64,000 nt of DNA from a virus. Shown here in pieces: positions 58,105 to 64,000 of this stretch; the first letter of the stretch is position 1; each line of letters opens with the position of its first letter. A program made the translations under genes and the position numbers. The stretch lies in IMG/VR virus record IMGVR_UViG_3300002056_000074, one strand, 5' to 3'. Under the pieces are notes generated by a model. That model had not been told where the DNA came from. It ran no database searches and worked only from the letters and a program-made list of their open reading frames with translations.

Positions 58105-58506
58105 AACTTTTTTCTAGAATACTTGCCGAACTGTGATGACCTTCAGATTGTGACATATCTCCCAGTGGTATCCCATCACAAAACAAAACATTCTTAAATT
58201 GTCTACCACATCACACCACGATGGCATCACAAAAAATAATTCTAATACCTAGACACCATCACAAAGTTACTACAAACATTTCTCTATAGTGTGAACATCA
58301 TTCCATATCATGAAGAACTACATCACATGTTAGATATCATGTTACTGTGTCACATAAATGAATATCCAATTGTGTGATGGATGCACAATGTGAGGAATGT
58401 CTCATATGAACTGTGTCACAAAAAAGAAAGAACTATGTCTCTCTTTTGATTATTGTGGACTGTAGCACAAAAAGAAGATTCCATTCTTCTTTTGTTGATT
58501 TGTGAT

Positions 58507-58785
58507 TCAGTACTCATTCCAGAACATTGAGTAATCATCTTCCATTATTGGGTGATCCATCACAAAATCACCCATCTCTTCGCGCACATTTTCCATTTCT
58601 GAGGCTTCATCCACAATCTCGTTAATTGCCCCGTGATCTATCTCATCATAATTGTGTCTTGTGTGCTCATCCACATAACGATCAACACACCCATTCACAA
58701 AACTCGATTCTGTGAAACCATTCACAAAATCAAGGACAATTTCACGAACAGCAATAACAAGAGCATCTTGTGATACAGTAGACAT
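58507..58785 (-). CDS. Early-cassette hypothetical acidic protein
   Basis: TATAAT promoter (58821-58826) and CAGGA RBS. Confidence 0.7.
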   Translation of the reverse strand: MSTVSQDALVIAVREIVLDFVNGFTESSFVNGCVDRYVDEHTRHNYDEIDHGAINEIVDEASEMENVREEMGDFVMDHPIMEDDYSMFWNEY

Positions 58786-59168
58786 ATTTGAATTCCTGTT
58801 TAGGATGAGAGGATGTGTCCATTATACCGCGCTGCCCGAGAATATTCGTGCTCCCATCACAAATTTGTTCGCAATCGAAAATTATTTTTTGTGATCGAAG
58901 TCCGATGATATATTTGTCCCGTTTTTGTGATCGCGTTCGCAGAACGTACATCTGGGATAAATGTCTCACCGTGCATAGTAGACATTGAGACATTTCTTCC
59001 AATAATGCGTTTTGTGTGGTTCATCACAAAAACGAGACAAATCTCTCAAGGGACTTGCATCACAAAAAATAATTCTGAAAGCTGTGCTTTTTTGTGCGCT
59101 ATGCACGGACAGGGCCGATAGCTCGGCCTATAATGGTCACATCTTCTACGCAATCAGGTACACGCAAC

Positions 59169-59417
59169 ATGGCTAACACTGAATCACTGTTCAAAAATCT
59201 TGAAGTTCTCACCATGCGTGAGCGCGGTGACTATAGAGAGTGGTCACTGGATAGTGACGAGGCCACCGTCATAAAGACGGTAAAAGGCGAATACTTTTAT
59301 GATAGTCTTTTTCATGTATCGGAAGCCCTGTTGGGTGATGTCCGTAGGACAGTGCCATATGAATTCTTCAGAAGTGAGGATTGTAGTAAACAAAAGTTTG
59401 AGATCTTCACAATGTGA
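59169..59417 (+). CDS. Early-cassette hypothetical protein (start MANTES)
   Basis: TATAAT at 59129-59134; ends at a terminator. Confidence 0.7.
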   Translation: MANTESLFKNLEVLTMRERGDYREWSLDSDEATVIKTVKGEYFYDSLFHVSEALLGDVRRTVPYEFFRSEDCSKQKFEIFTM

Positions 59418-59425
59418 TCTAATTC

Positions 59426-59451
59426 AAAAAAGGGGCTTCGGCCCCTTTTTT
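59426..59451 (+). terminator. Rho-independent terminator (GGGGC-TTCG-GCCCC)
   Basis: UUCG hairpin with flanking A and T runs. Confidence 0.85.
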
Positions 59452-59914
59452 GTGATCTATTTTTATTTTTGTAGGTTTGAGATATTTCTCACATGTCAAA
59501 TCAATCACAAAAAATAATGTGAACTTCTCGCATCGTTTTTTCTTTGTATGCCTTCGAGATAGTTACCCTATACACTGACATCACTCGCACCTATACGGCT
59601 CGGTATCGACGCTCAGAGCATCAGGAAACGATAGTTTGAACCAACGGCTGACAGTAATCTATAGCTAACAGACCAAAGGATCAACCCACAAGATATTGTG
59701 ATGGAGTAGACATTACAACATTTCTCACATTGTGATGTAAGTTTGTTGAGACATTTCTCTCAATACCACGTTCTGCGAACGCGATCACAAAAAAGGGACA
59801 AATACCTCATCGGACTTCGATCACAAAAAAATAATTCCAGAACCGATCCTTTTTTGTGACCCAAGCACGGGACATAACCGATCAATCGACCTACAATGGC
59901 ACCACACCAACGCA

Positions 59915-60382
59915 ATGAGACACACGACTATGACCGCATCTGCTACCCAGTTCGCTATTGTTGCCGTTTTTCAGGTTCGTGAGAACTACGCCGCCCATGA
60001 TGGTTTTACGGGCGAGTATTACTGGAAGTGTAAGGGAGGCGAGGAGGCCGTGTCCGATCTTATGTCGCTCGATACCCTTATGGGTATGGATCAAGCCGCT
60101 AAGGAAGCGCTGGTCGCTTCTATTGCGCCCGAGTCTAACGACTATTATGAGCACACGCTCATAGATTGGGAAATTGTTTCCCTTGACTCCGAATCTGCGA
60201 ACAGGGTCGCAGATTTTATTGCCGAATCTCCGGGCGAGGATATTGATTTCCTGCGGTACAAGTTTGGTAACGATTTCCTATTTGATTGGGCCGTGAAGCA
60301 GCGCCCAGAAATAGCAAAAAATACTTCCGACCCTTTCGGATATGCGAGGCGGTTGGGGATTGAGCTACCGACCGCTGCGTAG
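59915..60382 (+). CDS. Early-cassette hypothetical protein
   Basis: TACAAT at 59892; VxxQxRENYAAH..F.G..YWKCKGG motif; start may be 59930. Confidence 0.75.
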   Translation: MRHTTMTASATQFAIVAVFQVRENYAAHDGFTGEYYWKCKGGEEAVSDLMSLDTLMGMDQAAKEALVASIAPESNDYYEHTLIDWEIVSLDSESANRVADFIAESPGEDIDFLRYKFGNDFLFDWAVKQRPEIAKNTSDPFGYARRLGIELPTAA

Positions 60383-60390
60383 TTCACAAA

Positions 60391-60424
60391 ACAGAAAAGG
60401 GAACCAAAAGGTTCCCTTTTCTGT
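60391..60424 (+). terminator. Terminator hairpin
   Basis: ACAGAAAAGGGAACC-AAAA-GGTTCCCTTTTCTGT. Confidence 0.8.
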
Positions 60425-60664
60425 GATATAATTTTATTTTTATAGGTCTGAGACATTTTACACAAAAAACTTACATCACAAAATAAAAATGTGAAGTTAT
60501 CGCATCATTTTTTCTCTGTGTACTCTCATCCCAGTTATCCTATACGATGATACTACTGACACTTATACGGTCGCATACAGAGCCAATGGCTGGCACTGTT
60601 GGGTATTTATTGGCATATATACTGAAGTACCACCTCTCAATTCATTCGGTTGATGACGAGGAAT

Positions 60665-60707
60665 TGTGAGGTAGATCACCGAAAAATACTTTCGTACCCC
60701 CTATAAT
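60665..60707 (+). promoter_or_regulatory. CRP class II-like promoter: TGTGA-GGTAGA-TCACC centred at -41.5 plus TATAAT
   Basis: Box 60665-60680, -10 at 60702-60707, no TTGACA. Confidence 0.6.
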
Positions 60708-60744
60708 AGTTTACACACCAACGCAAAAACGAGACTTAAATCAC

Positions 60745-61188
60745 ATGAAAACTCGATTCACTAATGTTGATGCAGTTCGCACTTTCCTTGCCCAATCTCA
60801 GGATTATGGCACAAATGCTGGTGGATCGTTTTATTTTCGTGATTCCGTCGCATATTCGTATGGGGATCATTATCCGTTGGCGCGCTTCTTGTCATGTGGT
60901 ACGCTTCTCATTTCTGAGCGCGATAGCTCACCTACTACAAACAAACTCAACACATTACTAAGGCGTGAAGCCCGCTGTGAGATTATCGAAGTGCAAGATG
61001 TACTAGCAGATACCCGTGATGATCGTGGCGCTAACATGGACCGCTTGAATGCTCTAGCAGAGCAATCTAAAGCTAAGGCTAGCCGCTCGCGCAAATACGC
61101 TGAGCTTCATCTAAACGATGCCAGCCGCTACTATAATATGCTAACCCGATATATGGAATTGACGGTTCCCGATGCGATAGCCGCCTAA
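60745..61188 (+). CDS. Early-cassette hypothetical protein
   Basis: 147-aa ORF (YSYG.HYPLAR motif) between promoter and terminator. Confidence 0.75.
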   Translation: MKTRFTNVDAVRTFLAQSQDYGTNAGGSFYFRDSVAYSYGDHYPLARFLSCGTLLISERDSSPTTNKLNTLLRREARCEIIEVQDVLADTRDDRGANMDRLNALAEQSKAKASRSRKYAELHLNDASRYYNMLTRYMELTVPDAIAA

Positions 61189-61198
61189 CACAAACACG

Positions 61199-61236
61199 AA
61201 AAAGAAAGTGAGAGATGATTCTCACTTTCTTTTTTT
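61199..61236 (+). terminator. Terminator hairpin
   Basis: AAAAGAAAGTGAGA...TCTCACTTTCTTTT plus T run. Confidence 0.75.
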
Positions 61237-61468
61237 AATACACTTTTTTGTTTTGTGATCGGATACCAGTGAGACATTTTTCACACTGTGATCCAATTCT
61301 TTTGAGACATTTCTCACAAAAGTATTCTATCACAAAAATAAAGTGTGATCTAGTTCCAGTTGATCCACGTCACAAAAATAAAATAAAAAATCATCACAAA
61401 AATTGTGAACCAATGCCACCATTTTTTATTCATCGCAGTATAATGATCGCACACCAACCAACGTAGGA

Positions 61469-61744
61469 ATGGATATGCACAAGCTGACTGTCGTAGAACT
61501 TGATATCTGGGGCGACGAGGTAGACGGTTTTGAGGTGAACAATGCGTTCTATACGTCTTATTCACTGGGTGTCTCCGAGGATTGTAGCGATGCGAAAATC
61601 ATTCAAGGTTTGATCGACATTGATTACCTGTCAGTTGATGTGACCGAGGATGATGTAGAGATCGACGGAGATCCTGAGCACGGTCTTTATATCAACCTCG
61701 CAGAGAATGGTAAGCCGTTGATCCATCTCCTCCCCAGATACTAA
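61469..61744 (+). CDS. Early-cassette hypothetical acidic protein
   Basis: TATAAT at 61439; LDIWGDEVDGFEVNN motif. Confidence 0.75.
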   Translation: MDMHKLTVVELDIWGDEVDGFEVNNAFYTSYSLGVSEDCSDAKIIQGLIDIDYLSVDVTEDDVEIDGDPEHGLYINLAENGKPLIHLLPRY

Positions 61745-61786
61745 TAGGTAGGCGCTGGTAAGGTTTCTATAATTTACCAGCGCCAT

Positions 61787-61834
61787 ACACTTTTACACTT
61801 TTACACTTTTACACTTTTACACTTTTACACTTTT
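61787..61834. repeat. ACACTTTT x6 directly upstream of TATAAT (61837-61842)
   Basis: Direct reading. Confidence 0.9.
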
Positions 61835-61874
61835 CCTATAATGGACACCATACCAACGTAAACGGGCAAGCATT

Positions 61875-62084
61875 ATGAATAAGTCATTCCTATCTATTGA
61901 GCACACGTTCAAAAATGTTGAGAATGGTGAACTACTTAACATTGCAGTTGAGCGAACGGTGCCGCCCGAGAATGGTGTCTCAGAATGTGAGCACGTTACT
62001 GCCATTGGGCACAAAATGGCGAAAGCCATCACACTTTCTGGAACATGGGTATATTTTATGTCTCAATGGGTAAACTGTGAATAA
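61875..62084 (+). CDS. Early-cassette hypothetical protein
   Basis: TATAAT at 61837; 69 aa. Confidence 0.65.
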   Translation: MNKSFLSIEHTFKNVENGELLNIAVERTVPPENGVSECEHVTAIGHKMAKAITLSGTWVYFMSQWVNCE

Positions 62085-62326
62085 AATCACTAAATAATCC
62101 TACAGACTAATATAGGAAATTATTGTTGAGAACCAAATAACACAGATTTTTGTGTTATTTGGTCCATAATATACACAAAGTATGTCAGACTTCTTTATCA
62201 GACAACGATAGTGAGAGATAGATCACAAATTAACTTTTGTGATCTATCCTACAGCGAGACATTTCTCACAGATGTATTGGTCCACAAAAAGAAGATTCCA
62301 TTCTCTTTTTTGTGGACTACTGCTCA

Positions 62327-62521
62327 TTATTTTTTCGTAGCAGCCCGTTCTTCCTGATAGGAAAACAGTGTAGCTTGTGCATCTGTTAATGCTTTAATGC
62401 GCTTTTCAATTTGACTATATTCCATATCTGCATGGACAGCTTCTAATTCATTTGCACGGCGGATGACCGCCAGCTTAAAACCACGTTCGATCATGTTAGC
62501 AGTGTCAGTAGATACGCTCAT
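62327..62521 (-). CDS. Early-cassette hypothetical protein (true start MSVST at 62521)
   Basis: Minus-strand TATAAT (62558-62563) and CAGGA RBS; the longer ORF call runs across the promoter cassette. Confidence 0.7.
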   Translation of the reverse strand: MSVSTDTANMIERGFKLAVIRRANELEAVHADMEYSQIEKRIKALTDAQATLFSYQEERAATKK

Positions 62522-62557
62522 ATTTAGATTCCTGTATAGGTCGATTCGATGTGGTCC

Positions 62558-62669
62558 ATTATAACGCCATGTCTTAAAATATCCGTGATGTCGATCACAA
62601 AAAATAATTTCAAATCCGATTCTTTTTTGTGATCGTATTCTCTCCAATTTTTTTAGTCGCTGGTATAAT
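62558..62669. promoter_or_regulatory. Symmetric bidirectional promoter cassette
   Basis: ATTATA...CGTGA-N6-TCACA-AAAAA...TTTTT-TGTGA...TGG-TATAAT. Confidence 0.7.
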
Positions 62670-62700
62670 GGACATATTCCCACCAATGAATATGTAAACA

Positions 62701-63120
62701 ATGTCTGATCTTATCAATATGCGTGTTTTTCGCGTTGAACACATGACAGACAAGCATGATAGTTCTAAGCATTTCTTAGGTCCATTCGGTCACAATAGTT
62801 GTATGTTTGCCTACGCTTGTAACACGTTGCTAGATGATGATCCGTATTCCCATCCTATCCCTAGCAATGATGGAATATCCTTGCGATGGTTTGAAGGCAA
62901 CCGTGTATGTGCAGTGCAGACATTGGATATGGTAGCAGAATGGTTTGAGTGCCCGTTGGGAAGGCGAGCGATGGCTAGTCTAGGTTTTCATGTAGTCGAG
63001 TATCAAGCATCTGTTAACGCCGCTCATATAGGCGATATGCAAGTAGTATTTGATCCATCACTAGCCGAGCCTGTTTCGACCTATCATCTCGAAACCTTGC
63101 AGAAGTTCACAAATTGCTAA
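62701..63120 (+). CDS. Early-cassette hypothetical protein
   Basis: VFRVEH...GP...HP.P..DG...WF pattern; TATAAT at 62664. Confidence 0.75.
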   Translation: MSDLINMRVFRVEHMTDKHDSSKHFLGPFGHNSCMFAYACNTLLDDDPYSHPIPSNDGISLRWFEGNRVCAVQTLDMVAEWFECPLGRRAMASLGFHVVEYQASVNAAHIGDMQVVFDPSLAEPVSTYHLETLQKFTNC

Positions 63121-63295
63121 TAAAAGTTGTTTTGTGATTGGTTGATGGGTGATATTTTTCACAAATAGATGAGTTCACAAACCTCCATCACAAAAAATAA
63201 TTTTCAAATAGGAGTATTTTTTGTGAGTTAGTTACTGTACCTATCAATCCAATTTACCTATAATAGCCCCATCAACCAACGAGAGATTAGACGTT

Positions 63296-63490
63296 ATGAG
63301 CAAAGAGCAAATGCAAAAGATTTTCGCTGAATATGATTGTGAAAACAAGACTCAGTATCTTGAGATGCTCGCTGACGAGAATGATGTACCGTTGTCTGAT
63401 GTTCAGATGCTCGCTGATATTCTAGGTGATAATGAGTTGTTTGATGGTCTAGTGACTAGTGTTGAGGACATGGGAGGCGGTTGGATGTAA
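63296..63490 (+). CDS. Early-cassette hypothetical acidic protein
   Basis: YLEMLA...V..LADILG.NE.FDGLV motif; TATAAT at 63259. Confidence 0.75.
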   Translation: MSKEQMQKIFAEYDCENKTQYLEMLADENDVPLSDVQMLADILGDNELFDGLVTSVEDMGGGWM

Positions 63491-63537
63491 TTTTCTGTAG
63501 TGTGTTGTGTGTAGCAGAATCGTGGTGGATTCTGTAG

Positions 63538-63559
63538 AAGGGGCTTCGGCCCCTTTTTT
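63538..63559 (+). terminator. Rho-independent terminator (GGGGC-TTCG-GCCCC)
   Basis: Same hairpin as at 59432, with T run. Confidence 0.85.
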
Positions 63560-63574
63560 GTGATCTATTTTTAT

Positions 63575-63618
63575 TGTGACATTTCTCACATAAAAATAAT
63601 TATGTGAAATTGATCACA
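63575..63618. promoter_or_regulatory. Two perfect CRP-consensus cores TGTGA-N6-TCACA (63575-63590, 63603-63618)
   Basis: TGTGACATTTCTCACA and TGTGAAATTGATCACA. Confidence 0.7.
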
Positions 63619-63721
63619 CAAAAATAATATCAAATAGCACTATCAAATTGTGAATCAATACCACCATATTTTTATCCATCGCGCTATAATGACTCCACAT
63701 CAACCAAAACAGGAATACAAA

Positions 63722-63991
63722 ATGTCATCTGTCGAATCACTCAAGTTCGTAATTAACAACAACGGTGATGCTGCGAAAACGTTGATGGAAAACTATCGCA
63801 ATGTGTTCTTGCTTGCGATGGATTTAGACAAGGCTATGGCTCTTGCAAGCCCTCACGCTCGCAATTACCAGACTGCCGAGGTTGGAGAATTCGAGGCTGA
63901 TGTGAAGCTCTGGAATGAGCTGAGAACGCAACTAAAAAATATTGAGAACGTGGCTGCAAAAGCAGGCTACCGCGCAATCCAAAAGAAGTAA
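63722..63991 (+). CDS. Early-cassette hypothetical protein (start MSSVES)
   Basis: TATAAT at 63683; CAGGA RBS; VINNNGD...L motif. Confidence 0.72.
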   Translation: MSSVESLKFVINNNGDAAKTLMENYRNVFLLAMDLDKAMALASPHARNYQTAEVGEFEADVKLWNELRTQLKNIENVAAKAGYRAIQKK

Positions 63992-64000
63992 TAACAAAAT

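Larger units (their letters stand above)
58882..59834. repeat. About 66-bp near-identical inverted repeat (58882-58947 / 59768-59834)
   Basis: TTATTTTTTGTGATCGAAGTCCGATGA...TTTTTGTGATCGCGTTCGCAGAACGT and its reverse complement. Confidence 0.85.

Noticed and set aside
57963-64000. CRISPR array or integron attC array suggested by recurring repeats
   Set aside because: The repeats are diverged, irregularly spaced promoter and terminator modules; there is no constant repeat with unique 30-40 nt spacers, and no cas or integrase gene in the window.

Overview
64 kb fragment of a large, AT-rich, T4-related lytic dsDNA (jumbo-type) bacteriophage. The host is probably a marine Gammaproteobacterium, inferred from a GlyGly-CTERM-anchored protein, CRP-box-like promoter motifs and algal-glycan-type enzymes. 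About 1-39 kb is replication and nucleotide metabolism: a split family-B DNA polymerase with a homing endonuclease between the halves and a group I intron the ORF track misses, helicase, primase, two-subunit topoisomerase II, intein-containing class II RNR, ThyA, DHFR, PhoH, MazG-like, ClpP-like, Hsp20, an Acb1-like 2H phosphodiesterase and tRNA-Pro. Five zinc-ribbon homing-endonuclease genes or remnants sit among these genes. Two islands (19.5-23.6 kb and 40.4-44.8 kb) encode host-like glycan-active proteins: an AA5 copper radical oxidase with GlyGly-CTERM, a BNR_4 propeller, a GH16, and a large mosaic gene broken by two compensating frameshifts. 48.5-57.2 kb is a co-oriented array of about 24-25 small, highly diverged paralogs sharing a C-terminal (L/I)-(E/D/N)-R-(M/L)-K-x-I motif, with IS200/IS605 miniature elements inserted. 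58-64 kb is an array of single-gene cassettes whose TATAAT promoters lack a -35 box but carry CRP-like TGTGA/TCACA sites at about -40.5 and -84.5. All protein assignments come from motif recognition by eye; no database searches were run.
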